Counted from the first letter of the stretch, positions 39,944 through 50,080 are shown. The stretch: DNA of 64,000 nt from an uncultured Acidimicrobiia bacterium (GCA_963786955.1 CAWBAT010000004.1:576001-640000), one strand, 5' to 3'. The notes: generated by a model not told the origin, from the sequence alone. A program made the numbers and translations.

Positions 39944-40621
39944 ATGAAAAAACCATTTAGCAAACTGAGCGCGATGATGGGTAAAGCCTGGGCACAGGCC
40001 GGGGCTGACAGGAACTCAGAAAAAGGAACTCACCTGACGCATCCCACTCATCCCTCTCAAGTCATGAAGGACTTCATCAAGGGAATCTCGGCCATGCCGA
40101 CGCCAAGGATCTTGGATATTGGACCTGTGGTGGGTTCCAATATGGATTTTTTTCTAAACCATGGAATCAAGGTGTATATGGAGGATTTTGTCACCGCCTA
40201 TCTCAACCCCAAGTATTCCCTCGTACTGGATGGGAAGATCACCTTGAATGAGTCCAGTTTCTTTGAAGAGAATTTCAATTATGAAGTCAATTCTCTCGAT
40301 GGTCTGATTTGCTGGGACTACTTATGTTACATCGAACCTCGATTTGCGGGGGTCTTTGTGCGAAAGATTTCCTCCATGGTGAAATCTGGCGGCCTGGTCA
40401 TGGCCTTCTTTCATACTCGCCGAATAATCGGTCCTGACATGATTCACAAATACCGCATTCACAATGAATCTTCTTTAGAATACATCCCGACAGAATTGAA
40501 AACTGAATTCAAAAAGGCTTTCCAGATTAGAGATGTGTCGCAGTTATTCGGAGGCTTTCAGAGTCAGCATTCTTATTTGTTGAAGCACAACGTAATCGAA
40601 ATCCTCCTCAAGAAATTGTAG
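39944..40621 (+). CDS. Class I SAM-methyltransferase-like protein
   Basis: RILDIGP motif I, LDGLICWD, VKSGGL. Confidence 0.65.
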   Translation: MKKPFSKLSAMMGKAWAQAGADRNSEKGTHLTHPTHPSQVMKDFIKGISAMPTPRILDIGPVVGSNMDFFLNHGIKVYMEDFVTAYLNPKYSLVLDGKITLNESSFFEENFNYEVNSLDGLICWDYLCYIEPRFAGVFVRKISSMVKSGGLVMAFFHTRRIIGPDMIHKYRIHNESSLEYIPTELKTEFKKAFQIRDVSQLFGGFQSQHSYLLKHNVIEILLKKL

Positions 40622-40735
40622 TCGATTGCGATGGATCAAAAGTCTCTTGAACTTTTGTCTGTCAAATCTCGTATTGAGAATGGAAGCGGAGAGAACATCC
40701 TCTGCCTGGGGAGCAGAACCGGATAAGGAGGAGGT

Positions 40736-41425
40736 ATGGAGTGCGCAATCCATCCTGGCGTGGAAGCCGTATCCTTTTGTTCGAACTGTGGCACGCCGCT
40801 CTGCCAGGGGTGCCTATTGATATCCGACTCACGAACATTTTGTCAGAAATGCCAGCTATCGTTCGCGAGCCAAGACGAGCGCGTCCGAAATACTGCATCA
40901 ACGGTGGCTAATACTACAGTCCCGACTCCTGAAGCTGTCAAGTATGCCAAGTCCACACGGAGTCCTCATATCGAGAAAGGATACGCCTATTGTTCTCCGG
41001 GGGTCTCTTTGGCGTTAGGTTTTATCCCCGGAGTAGGTGCGATTTGCAATGGAGAGTATTGGAAGGCTCTTCTCCAAGTCCTCGTATTCGGCAGCCTGAT
41101 TTCTCTTAGCGGGAGAACTGACAGCGAAGAAGTAATCCCCCTTCTCAGGCTACTGGCGATCTTAATGTACATCTACATGCCGCTTGAGGCCTATCATGTC
41201 GCAAAGAAGCGTGTCATGGGCTTGCACGGGATCAAATTGATTACCCCGTTTGAAAAGATGCGATTCTCTTCCATAACAGTTGGGATTGGATCAGTTTGCC
41301 TGGGAGTCATTTTGCAGGTAAGTCAGTTTGTCCCTGAGACCATGAGGTTTCTACTGCGAGGCTGGCCTTTAATTCTCGTTGCTATAGGGGTCTACAATTT
41401 AACCCAATATTTTCATTCAAAATGA
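40736..41425 (+). CDS. B-box-type zinc finger membrane protein with LiaI/LiaF-like TM tail
   Basis: CAIHP...CSNCGTPLCQGC...FCQKC; LGFIPGVGAICNG; WPLILVAIG. Confidence 0.75.
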   Translation: MECAIHPGVEAVSFCSNCGTPLCQGCLLISDSRTFCQKCQLSFASQDERVRNTASTVANTTVPTPEAVKYAKSTRSPHIEKGYAYCSPGVSLALGFIPGVGAICNGEYWKALLQVLVFGSLISLSGRTDSEEVIPLLRLLAILMYIYMPLEAYHVAKKRVMGLHGIKLITPFEKMRFSSITVGIGSVCLGVILQVSQFVPETMRFLLRGWPLILVAIGVYNLTQYFHSK

Positions 41426-41486
41426 TGCTGCGGCATATGTCAAAAAAAAGGTCTACTCCTTAAAAGTAGGCTGAAATCCAAACAAA

Positions 41487-42683
41487 TTATCTGGATGCCA
41501 AAGTACTCTGAGTAGCCAGTTTTGTCAGCAGTTCCGCCTTATCAGTCCTTTCCCAACTAAAGGTTCCTTTTTCGCCGGGTTTCCTACCGAAGTGTCCATA
41601 GGCTGCCGTTTTTAAGTAAATGGGTTTCTTGAGATCCAGCATCTGTATGATCCCTTTGGGGCGCAGATCGAAAACCTCTCCGATGATCTGCTCAAGTTCC
41701 ATGGAGCTTAACTTCCCGGTTCCAAAAGTATCCACAAGGACCGAAACCGGCTTAGCAACTCCAATGGCATAGGCCAATTGCACCTCACATTTCTTCGCCA
41801 GGTCCGCGGCCACAATATTCTTGGCTACGTAGCGAGCTGCATAGGCGGCACTACGATCCACTTTGGAGGGGTCTTTCCCCGAAAAGGCTCCTCCCCCATG
41901 TCGAGCCCATCCCCCATAACTGTCAACGATGATCTTTCTTCCGGTCAATCCTGTATCGCCGCTCGGCCCCCCGACTACAAATTTTCCAGTCGGATTGACA
42001 TAGAACTTAGTCTTGGAGTCCAGCAGTTCCGGAGGAATCACCTTCCGGATGACCTGTTCAATAACGTCCGACTCAATTTTCCGGTGAGGAACTGAATCGA
42101 TGTGTTGGGTTGAAATGACGATGGCATCAATCCGGACACGTTTACCATCCACATATTCCACGGTGACTTGGCTCTTACTGTCTGGCCGGATGTAGTCTAG
42201 AGTTTTGTTCTTCCTGAGCTCAGCCAGCTTTTCGACTAGCTGATGCGCAAAAATAATGGGACTGGGCATCATTTCTGGAGTCTCATCACAGGCATACCCA
42301 AACATTAAGCCCTGGTCTCCGGCACCTTGTTCCTTATGTAAACCTTCACCCTCTGTCACACCCTGCGAGATATCGGGAGACTGGGGGTGGATCTTGACCA
42401 TAATTTCGCAGCTTCTGTGGCTAAAGCCAACATTTTCCTCCACGTAACCAATTTTCTCGATTGAGTCGCGCACGGTCTGTTCAATATTCACGCTGCCTTT
42501 GGAGGTTACTTCTCCGGCAACAACACAGAAATCCGTTGTCACTAGAGTCTCGCAAGCAACCCGGGAATCTGGGTCACGGGCGATATAGGCATCCAACACC
42601 GCATCGGAAATCTGATCGGCTACTTTATCGGGATGACCTTCCGAGACAGACTCGCTAGTGAACAACATCCTTTCGGATTTCAT
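41487..42683 (-). CDS. metK: S-adenosylmethionine synthetase
   Basis: [33 protein letters not shown]. Confidence 0.99.
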   Translation of the reverse strand: MKSERMLFTSESVSEGHPDKVADQISDAVLDAYIARDPDSRVACETLVTTDFCVVAGEVTSKGSVNIEQTVRDSIEKIGYVEENVGFSHRSCEIMVKIHPQSPDISQGVTEGEGLHKEQGAGDQGLMFGYACDETPEMMPSPIIFAHQLVEKLAELRKNKTLDYIRPDSKSQVTVEYVDGKRVRIDAIVISTQHIDSVPHRKIESDVIEQVIRKVIPPELLDSKTKFYVNPTGKFVVGGPSGDTGLTGRKIIVDSYGGWARHGGGAFSGKDPSKVDRSAAYAARYVAKNIVAADLAKKCEVQLAYAIGVAKPVSVLVDTFGTGKLSSMELEQIIGEVFDLRPKGIIQMLDLKKPIYLKTAAYGHFGRKPGEKGTFSWERTDKAELLTKLATQSTLASR

Positions 42684-42853
42684 GGGATTAGATTCTCCTT
42701 AAGTGTTTGACCTCAGCTTGCCGAGAATCGGAATTCAGAACTGGCAAGTTGGAAAAAAGATCCCTTCGCGTTGCAATCAATACTATAATCAACGACGAAA
42801 GATCCCGTAAAAATACCCGGGAACAGCACCCAGACAGCAAATAAAAACAATAA

Positions 42854-42882
42854 AGACTATCTTCCAGGAAACCTATTGTCAA
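42854..42882 (-). promoter_or_regulatory. Sigma70-type promoter of metK
   Basis: TTGACA-17 bp-TAGTCT on the minus strand. Confidence 0.6.
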
Positions 42883-42978
42883 GCGAATTGACCGCCTGAT
42901 TACGGTCCATTTCACAGGTTAGAAGTAGACCTTAATTCCTTTGCCATCGCGAGGTAACCCTCCCAAGGAGCCGATCCA

Positions 42979-44151
42979 ATGAACCTTCTTGAAGTGCAAA
43001 ATCAATTGAATCAGGCAGGAATCGAGGGATGGTTGCTCTACGATTTCCAGGGTACGAATCCTATTGCCAGAAAACTCTTGGGGATTACGGGGCAGTTGAT
43101 TACAAGGCGATGGTTCTACTGGATCCCGAGGACGGGAAATCCGCTGGCATTTTGCCACAAGATCGAGCAGCAGGCGTTTTCTTCTTTGGGAGTAAGCGTT
43201 GATACCTTCAGGAGTTGGCAGGAAATGGTCAGCGGGCTCAAACGTCACCTTTCTGGATCGCAGACCATCGCGATGGAATACTCCCCGTTTTGTGCCATCC
43301 CTTATGTCTCCAAAGTTGATGCCGGAACGATTGAATTAATTAAATCTCTTGGGAAGGAAGTGGTCTCTTCGGCCAATCTTGTCCAATACTTTGAGGCAAG
43401 ATGGAGCACTCAACAATTTCAGATGCATCAGGAAGCGAGCCGTCGTCTCATGAAGATTCTCCTGGACACATTGGAGGGAATCCGGCAAGCGCTCCAAACC
43501 AACGAATCCATCTCAGAATATTCAGTCCAACAGAAGATGCTGGCTCGGTACCAGGAGCACCGTTTGACGACTTCTTCCCCTCCGATCGTGGCAGTTAATC
43601 AGAATAGTGCCAATCCCCATTATGAACCAAGTCGGGAGGGTTCGGCCCCGATCCGGCCCGGCGATTTCCTGCTCGTGGACTTCTGGGCAAAATTGGATGA
43701 GAAGAACTCAGTCTATGCCGATTACACGTGGGTCGCTAATCTGGGGGAGTCCATCCCAGAACCAATTCAAAATATCTGGGAGATTGTCAGAGGAGCAAGA
43801 GATGCCGCGACAGACTACGTCAAAGCCCACTACCTCAAGACGCTGAATCTTCAAGGATGGCAGGTGGATGCCGTCTCCCGAGATTACATCACCCAAAGGG
43901 GTTATGGAGAGTTCTTTGTTCATCGAACGGGTCACAATATCGGGGAAGAAGACCATGGGAACGGAGCCAACATGGACAGCTTGGAAACGAAAGACGCAAG
44001 ACTTCTCATCCCCAACACTTGCTTTTCCATTGAGCCAGGAATCTACTTGAAGGATTTTGGCATCCGTTCAGAAGTCAATGTCTACTTGGACCGCGAGGAG
44101 TCCGTTGTCACCGGCGATCCTATCCAGACCGAAGTCCTGAAAATCTTCTGA
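42979..44151 (+). CDS. M24 family (Xaa-Pro aminopeptidase-like) peptidase
   Basis: NSANPHY, DFWAK, YADYTW, HRTGH, SIEPGIY, GIRSE. Confidence 0.9.
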   Translation: MNLLEVQNQLNQAGIEGWLLYDFQGTNPIARKLLGITGQLITRRWFYWIPRTGNPLAFCHKIEQQAFSSLGVSVDTFRSWQEMVSGLKRHLSGSQTIAMEYSPFCAIPYVSKVDAGTIELIKSLGKEVVSSANLVQYFEARWSTQQFQMHQEASRRLMKILLDTLEGIRQALQTNESISEYSVQQKMLARYQEHRLTTSSPPIVAVNQNSANPHYEPSREGSAPIRPGDFLLVDFWAKLDEKNSVYADYTWVANLGESIPEPIQNIWEIVRGARDAATDYVKAHYLKTLNLQGWQVDAVSRDYITQRGYGEFFVHRTGHNIGEEDHGNGANMDSLETKDARLLIPNTCFSIEPGIYLKDFGIRSEVNVYLDREESVVTGDPIQTEVLKIF

Positions 44152-44175
44152 AGGATTCGAGCAAAAAGAAACGAT

Positions 44176-44925
44176 CTACGGCTGCTTGGTTCGTTTTCTT
44201 TTCACTGAGGTTAGTTCCTGGTCGATTCGGGTTAAGCTTTTCAGCAAATGTTTCCGCATTGGCGCTGTATGCTTGTTGCGAATTTGCAAATCCGCAAAGA
44301 GCTCCAGAGAATCATTCTGCACATCTTTGAAATCCTCGTACAACTTGGCAGGGCCGGGTGTTGACAACGCTCCCGCCGTGATCTTCAAGCTCGCAATCCC
44401 ACGCGCCAGAAAATGATAGAGGGCTTGTGTCTTGGCCATTTCTCGGTCATGTTTTTGCGGAGTAGTGACGATCACTTGCAGACCCTTCTTTTTGAGGTAG
44501 GCCTCAATTTTCTCCAAGCGATGGCATCTCACGGGACAGAGGGCAATTCGGCGGCCACGAATTCCACAATTGGCGCTGTCAGGACCAAAAAGGGGGTGTG
44601 TCCCGACAATTTCAACAAACCGAGGCAGCACGCGCCGCATAATCCCGATCGGAAAAACTTTGACGGAACACGTATCCAAGACGAGCTGTCCCGGATAAAG
44701 AAATGGCCGCACATCGTTGCAAGTCGATTCGATTTGAGAAATGGGAACACAAAAAATGAGGATGGGCTTTGAGGCGACTTCTCCTAGAGACAGGCGATGG
44801 ATGCCGCGCGGAGGAGTGATCGTTCCCCGATCAAAAACACTGACTTTAAAATCTTGCTTGAGAAGCTCGCTGGCAAATCGGCCAAATCGGCCAAACCCAA
44901 TGATTCCAATCTCCACGGGTATCAC
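44176..44925 (-). CDS. Short prephenate/arogenate dehydrogenase (TyrA family)
   Basis: IGIIGFGRFG, DTCSVK, GTHPLFGP, HDREMA. Confidence 0.85.
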   Translation of the reverse strand: MIPVEIGIIGFGRFGRFASELLKQDFKVSVFDRGTITPPRGIHRLSLGEVASKPILIFCVPISQIESTCNDVRPFLYPGQLVLDTCSVKVFPIGIMRRVLPRFVEIVGTHPLFGPDSANCGIRGRRIALCPVRCHRLEKIEAYLKKKGLQVIVTTPQKHDREMAKTQALYHFLARGIASLKITAGALSTPGPAKLYEDFKDVQNDSLELFADLQIRNKHTAPMRKHLLKSLTRIDQELTSVKRKRTKQP

Positions 44926-45082
44926 CTCGAAACAAGGATCAAGCCCGTTACTCTATTAAATCCAGTCGTGAGTTTCAACAGCGGAAGTTCAGTGGTCGTA
45001 ATGCGTTAGTTACGGGGGGAAATCTGTAAGGGCAAGGCCTTCGGTGAGGATTTGAGATTGTCGCTTCTGTAGCGGCTGAGTG

Positions 45083-45136
45083 GGTAGGGACGGACCGCCG
45101 GGCCGTCCGCGGCGCGCTCGCCGAGCGCGCCCTACC
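45083..45136. repeat. GTAG-type inverted REP doublet (REPIN-like)
   Basis: GGTAGGGACGGACCGCCGGGCCGTCC-GC-GGCGCGCTCGCCGAGCGCGCCCTACC: two GTAG-headed hairpins in inverted orientation. Confidence 0.65.
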
Positions 45137-45216
45137 AGAAATTCCCCCGATAACTAACGCATAACCAGTGGTCGCAGAGTTCAGACGAGTGCACTCTTAT
45201 TCGAGTGAGCAACCGG

Positions 45217-46305
45217 TTACTTTGTTTCCGCACTGGCTGCCCGAAGCACTGCGTCGATTCCCTCCAATGAGCCGTTGTGAAGCTGTTTATAAAGATTTTC
45301 AAGCTGGGTCCGCGCTGTTTTTGAATAGGGCTTGTTGAGAAGAGCCGCTTTGGCAAGAGCTTTCTGAGCATTGTACGTGTCACTCGCAAACCAATAGCTC
45401 ATTCCCAGGTAGTAGTAAGCTTCATCATTTTGCGGAAAGTATTTAAGACTGCTGTTCAATGCCCCGACTGCTGCCGCATATTGCTTTCGATCGTAGAAAT
45501 TTCTGCCAATGATTGCGTAAGATCGCGCCTTTTCCTGATTCCACGTCGCGGTCGTGTATCCCGGCGGAATCTCGCCTTCTCCGTAGGCTGACATCATCTT
45601 TTGAGAGTAGGCTGCCGCTTTAGGGATGTTCCGCTGGTTCGCGAAAATAAACGAAAGTTTCGCCGCATAAAAAAAGCTATCTTTGGGCGGCAATTCTGCA
45701 ACGCATTTTTCGGCGTAAATAACAAACTTTGAATCATTTTTCAATTGCTCAAAAGAAAAGGCGAGAAGTTGCGCCAGTTCTTTACTTGGTTTCGCTTTGT
45801 AAAAAGCCTCACCATACTGGGCCGCCTTGGCATAGTCCTTATTCGCATAATTGGCTTCGGTCGCATAGCCGAGAGTCGCTATGTCTTCAGGCTTTAATTG
45901 GAGAACAATCTCCGAAACAGTTGCCAGATTGACCATGTCTTTCTGCTCATAAAGTTGGCGCTGAAGGGCAGCAAACTGGGAAAATGCGTATTCATTGAGC
46001 TTTGAATTGGGATGCGCCTTGATGAAGCTAGCCAAGCCTTCGGCCCGGCTCTTGGGATTGGGAATTGTCAAGGCCTTATTGAATTCTTCGTACTCCTCTT
46101 TGGTGTATCCCACCTCCGGCAAGGGCTTCTGTGCTTGTTTTGTGGCGTCTTCGATATCAACCACTTCTGGTTCCTTTGGCTCCTCTTTTCCCTGACTCTC
46201 TGACTTCTTCTGCGTGCCAGCCTCCTGTGTGTATGCCACCTGTACTGAAATGGTCAGAAATCCGATCAGAAATGCGCACAAAAACAAAACTTTTGATTGT
46301 CTCAC
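45217..46305 (-). CDS. Exported TPR-repeat protein
   Basis: Signal peptide; TPR motifs (YAAAVGALNSSLKYFPQNDEAYYYLG). Confidence 0.8.
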   Translation of the reverse strand: MRQSKVLFLCAFLIGFLTISVQVAYTQEAGTQKKSESQGKEEPKEPEVVDIEDATKQAQKPLPEVGYTKEEYEEFNKALTIPNPKSRAEGLASFIKAHPNSKLNEYAFSQFAALQRQLYEQKDMVNLATVSEIVLQLKPEDIATLGYATEANYANKDYAKAAQYGEAFYKAKPSKELAQLLAFSFEQLKNDSKFVIYAEKCVAELPPKDSFFYAAKLSFIFANQRNIPKAAAYSQKMMSAYGEGEIPPGYTTATWNQEKARSYAIIGRNFYDRKQYAAAVGALNSSLKYFPQNDEAYYYLGMSYWFASDTYNAQKALAKAALLNKPYSKTARTQLENLYKQLHNGSLEGIDAVLRAASAETK

Positions 46306-46406
46306 GATCTACCTCCCCAATCCGGCTCATCAGCCGGATAATTCCTGAAGCGTCGCTTCCGGATTAATCTACAAGTTCAATGCATGAACAATAATAATTA
46401 TTTTTG

Positions 46407-46435
46407 ATTATCGGAATTTGGAAATCGAGTGTCAA
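46407..46435 (-). promoter_or_regulatory. Sigma70-type promoter of the TPR gene
   Basis: TTGACA-17 bp-GATAAT on the minus strand. Confidence 0.5.
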
Positions 46436-46646
46436 CTGAAATTGAATGGCGAACGCACCGTGAGTTTGACAGTTCCCCTTCGAGAATTCTCGGCAGCACC
46501 CTTTTCCTAATTCTTTCCCCAAAAAGAAAATGTTAAACGAAAATTTTGGGCGAGGAGCGGATTTTTCGAGTTCCAGAGAAAAACGACCTATTTCTTGAAT
46601 AGGCCGAACAGTCTGGCATTCCACCCAAAATTCTTTGGAAATCCCA

Positions 46647-46675
46647 TTGACAAGGGGATTTCGCTATTGTATAAC
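46647..46675 (+). promoter_or_regulatory. Sigma70-type promoter of the HU gene
   Basis: TTGACA-17 bp-TATAAC. Confidence 0.75.
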
Positions 46676-46734
46676 GCAGATGCGCTGCCAGAAGGCGTTC
46701 TTATCTCGAACGAAAGGAAAAAGGAGAGGACATC

Positions 46735-47016
46735 GTGAACAAAGCAGACCTGATTGAAAAAATCGCGAAGGACACACAAATCAACAAGACCCAAGCTCAA
46801 TCTGCCATTGACTCCGTAATAGATGGAATTCAGGCCACATTGAAGAAGGGCGATCGAGTCACATTGGTTGGCTTCGGCACCTTCTCAGTAGGGCACAGGA
46901 AGGCAAGAACCGGACGGAACCCCCAAACAGGGAAGCCGATTAAGATTGCTGCCAAGAAGGTAGCAAAGTTTACCCCCGGAGCCGAGTTAAAGTCAGCGGT
47001 CAACAAAAAGAAATAA
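46735..47016 (+). CDS. hup: DNA-binding protein HU
   Basis: MNKADLI, LVGFGTF, RTGRNPQTG, FTPGAELK. Confidence 0.97.
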   Translation: MNKADLIEKIAKDTQINKTQAQSAIDSVIDGIQATLKKGDRVTLVGFGTFSVGHRKARTGRNPQTGKPIKIAAKKVAKFTPGAELKSAVNKKK

Positions 47017-47042
47017 GCTTCCAGTGGCCGGTCGACCCCATC

Positions 47043-47077
47043 AAAAGGGCAGCTCATACTGCCCTTTTCTTTATTTT
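47043..47077 (+). terminator. Intrinsic terminator after hup
   Basis: AAAAGGGCAG-CTCATA-CTGCCCTTTT followed by a T-rich tail. Confidence 0.8.
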
Positions 47078-47361
47078 AAGGACCCCTTCAGTTCCAATCT
47101 CTCTCACTATGCCTCACACAAAATGTCATCTTAGAGGTGACAATTTTGTGTCCTTTTCCTCAGTGGCGCATTGTTCTTACTTGATACAGATCCACACTTT
47201 TACGATAAGCGCTTCAAATCCAGGCTGTTCGTGATTTTTGCCCGGGGCCAGGTTTTTGGGTGAAGGATTGCACTAACAAAGGTATGCAAGCAAGGGCATA
47301 CGGCCCGGGCTTGATTTTAGGATTTGCGATTTAAATCCCGCTACTTTTTCCTTTCCCAAAA

Positions 47362-47386
47362 GAGCCGAGACAATTTGTCTCGGCTC
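47362..47386. promoter_or_regulatory. Perfect 11-bp-arm palindrome, candidate operator/UAS
   Basis: GAGCCGAGACA-ATT-TGTCTCGGCTC; the core GACAATTTGTC is shared with 28062-28072. Confidence 0.5.
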
Positions 47387-47451
47387 CCCTCTCTCTGATT
47401 TAAGCAAGTATTTCGATTTCGGGTGAGATAGATTTTTTACGGCATAGGGAT

Positions 47452-48504
47452 TTGCAGAAGCCCGTGGCAAATTTCCATTACTTGTTCGGTTCAGGGAAAA
47501 TTGGTATTGTGCTATCTTTTGATGTTGGCAAAGCACGATCATCTCCCAAATACGAGCTCTCCTTGCGACCTTATCTGGCTCACCAATCAAAACGTTCCCC
47601 CCTGCTGTTCCTGTGGATCGTAGAACTCCTGCCGGCCTTGATTCTTGCCATTTGGCCCCATCCCGGTTTAAGCGATTCTAAGGCACGCGTCGTGACTCTT
47701 TATGTTTCTGTTTATGACACGCAAGGCAAACCGGTTGAAAGCCTGAATTCCGGCGACATTGAATTGCTCGAAGAAAATAAGCCTCAAGTCGTCTCTTCTT
47801 TCCGTTTTGAAAAAGGCACACCGATATCTCTCGGGGTGTTACTGGACATCAGTAAGAATATGGCTGGCGAAAGGCTTAGTTTCGCGTTGAACTGGCTCAA
47901 GTCTCTGGCCGAAAAACTCAAAAGCCCGGATGAACTTTTTGTCAATGGATTCAGTGACGACTCTCAAGAATTAGTCGATTTCGTCTCGCCTGAAGACTAC
48001 CTAGAAGAACCTGTGGGTCATGTTGGCACTGGAGGCCATCCTGTTACCGGATTGGCTCTGGATCGAGGAATGATTAAGGTCAGAGAGGGAAGGAATGCCA
48101 AAAAAGTATTGCTTTTCCTTTCGGCAGGATACGATGTCGCTGGTCCTGCCACGCTGGATCACATTACCAAGTTTGGGTATCCGATCTATTCTCTCGCTGT
48201 AGATATCGGAGGAGGAGAGGGACTCAAAGGATCGATCGACTGGCTGAAGACCCTTAGTATCCGGGGGCCAGCCATCAAAGTATACGCCGAACAATCTGGC
48301 GGATTTATCTTACCTCTAGACTCCAGTACACAAGGCGAAGACGCCCTTCCCAAGATCCTCTTTGCACTCAAAAACCAGTATCGTCTGGAGTATACCTCTA
48401 AGAGTTCCAAGAAGCCCGGTGACATCCTGAAGCTTCAAATCAAGACAAAGGATACTGGCTATCGCGTAGATTATCTTAAGCGCTATCAGATTCCCCGCCG
48501 CTAA
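47452..48504 (+). CDS. VWA-domain exported protein (acidobacterial VWFA-type); true start probably downstream of 47452
   Basis: VSVYDTQGKPV...LLEENKPQ...PISLGVLLDISKNM...LKNQYRLEY. Confidence 0.8.
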   Translation: MQKPVANFHYLFGSGKIGIVLSFDVGKARSSPKYELSLRPYLAHQSKRSPLLFLWIVELLPALILAIWPHPGLSDSKARVVTLYVSVYDTQGKPVESLNSGDIELLEENKPQVVSSFRFEKGTPISLGVLLDISKNMAGERLSFALNWLKSLAEKLKSPDELFVNGFSDDSQELVDFVSPEDYLEEPVGHVGTGGHPVTGLALDRGMIKVREGRNAKKVLLFLSAGYDVAGPATLDHITKFGYPIYSLAVDIGGGEGLKGSIDWLKTLSIRGPAIKVYAEQSGGFILPLDSSTQGEDALPKILFALKNQYRLEYTSKSSKKPGDILKLQIKTKDTGYRVDYLKRYQIPRR

Positions 48505-48542
48505 TGGGCTGATCCAAGTGATGCGCAGGCCCCCTCCCGAAG

Positions 48543-50039
48543 TTAATGCAACGCTTCTTCAATCTTCTCTTTGTCCCCCATGATGACAACTGCACCCCGT
48601 GAAGTCAGATAGTTCTTGGCTGCTTCCTGTAAACGATCCACAGAAATTTCTTCTAAACCCCTCGGGAAAGTTTGCAGGTAGCCTCGTGGAAGGCCCTGGA
48701 GCTCGATTTCCGCCATCGCCTGGGCAAACCCCTGGGGGGAGCTAATAGATCTCTGGAAGGAGTCGATAACCTCGAGTCTCACCCGGTCGAGAGCCGAATC
48801 CGAAGCCTTATTGGCCTTCAACTCATCGATGACTCGTTGAATCGTCTCCAAGATCGGTTTGATGGAGGAGGGGGGAGCCTGGGCCAGTATCTTGAGTTTT
48901 CCGCAAGTCAGACCAAGCTCTAGTTCGCTTTGAATAGACTGGTAGGGGATTCCGCCACGATCTAATTCCTGCTTGAGCTTGGAATGCTGTGAATGGCCCC
49001 CCAGGAACTGGGTCAATAAAACCAGGCTGTAATAATCAGGGGTTTGCCTGGAGGGACCTGGGTTCCCAAACAACACGCTAACGTCGGAGTTTCCTTTTTT
49101 TTCAAAGATGCGAAACTCAGTATCCACAAGCGTGGAAGTGGGCGGGTCTGGTAAGTGTGGCTGGGGACCTTTGGTCCACCCTCCGAACTTTTCCCTGATT
49201 AAAGTGGACAGCGATGATAAATTGGGTGGCCCAACTACGGCAATGGCCGCGTTATTCGGTAAGTAATAAGCAGCATGGAATGCCTGCACATCCGCCAATC
49301 CTATTTCCTTCAGGGTGTCGGGATCCCCTATGAGGCGGTGAGAACAATAGCCCCTCCCAAAAAGCTCTGGGTCGAGTAGGCTCGACAAAAACTCGGCAGG
49401 CGAAACCACCCCGGAATCGCCCACTTGTTCTTTCATCCGGTCCAACCCTTCCTTTTGAAAGATAGGCCGCACGAGTAAGTTGGCGATCGTATTCAGGAAA
49501 GGTTCCAGATTCTTTGCTGGCAACTCAGCGCGAAATAGAGTTGAATCCATCTCCACTTGGATTGAGAAAATAGCTTCGAGAAAGTCCAGTTCATCTTTCC
49601 ACCGTTGTTGCGTGACCTTCTGATTGGCTTCTAGTATTCCATGGGCTGTAAGGAGTGCAACTCCTTGTTTTTTGTCAGGGTCCATGCCATAGCCAGACTT
49701 AATGAGAAAGATGACAACGACGCGGTCGCTCCCCGGAACTTCGGCAGTTAGCAGATGAAGTCCGTTGAGCAGTTCGACCTTCTGGATGAAAGGTGGGGAG
49801 AATTTAGATTCTTTATTTTGCCCAAAGAAAAGAGAGGCGGTCGGGGAAAGAAGAAGTATAAAGACAGGAAAAATCCAGCGGAATGCTACAGTTCCGCGCG
49901 GGAGGCATCTTAAGGAAAGATCAGAGCACAACACATTTTTCGAGGATTTATCTATCTCATTGCGAAATCGACACTTGAAAAAGGGGCGGCAGAGGATAAA
50001 ACGATGTCTATAGAAATGGGCCAATCTAACCTGAGTCAA
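48543..50039 (-). CDS. M16 (insulinase-like) peptidase family protein, likely non-catalytic; start uncertain
   Basis: LLNGL, DPDKKQGVA, YYLPNNAAIAVVG; no HxxEH motif. Confidence 0.75.
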   Translation of the reverse strand: MTQVRLAHFYRHRFILCRPFFKCRFRNEIDKSSKNVLCSDLSLRCLPRGTVAFRWIFPVFILLLSPTASLFFGQNKESKFSPPFIQKVELLNGLHLLTAEVPGSDRVVVIFLIKSGYGMDPDKKQGVALLTAHGILEANQKVTQQRWKDELDFLEAIFSIQVEMDSTLFRAELPAKNLEPFLNTIANLLVRPIFQKEGLDRMKEQVGDSGVVSPAEFLSSLLDPELFGRGYCSHRLIGDPDTLKEIGLADVQAFHAAYYLPNNAAIAVVGPPNLSSLSTLIREKFGGWTKGPQPHLPDPPTSTLVDTEFRIFEKKGNSDVSVLFGNPGPSRQTPDYYSLVLLTQFLGGHSQHSKLKQELDRGGIPYQSIQSELELGLTCGKLKILAQAPPSSIKPILETIQRVIDELKANKASDSALDRVRLEVIDSFQRSISSPQGFAQAMAEIELQGLPRGYLQTFPRGLEEISVDRLQEAAKNYLTSRGAVVIMGDKEKIEEALH

Positions 50040-50080
50040 CCAATTTCGCTCGCATTCAAGGGAATTTCAACGGCTCCCGG

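Noticed and set aside
42690-42850. Canonical SAM-I or SAM-II riboswitch call
   Set aside because: Only fragments resemble the consensus; kept as a candidate finding, not as a feature.
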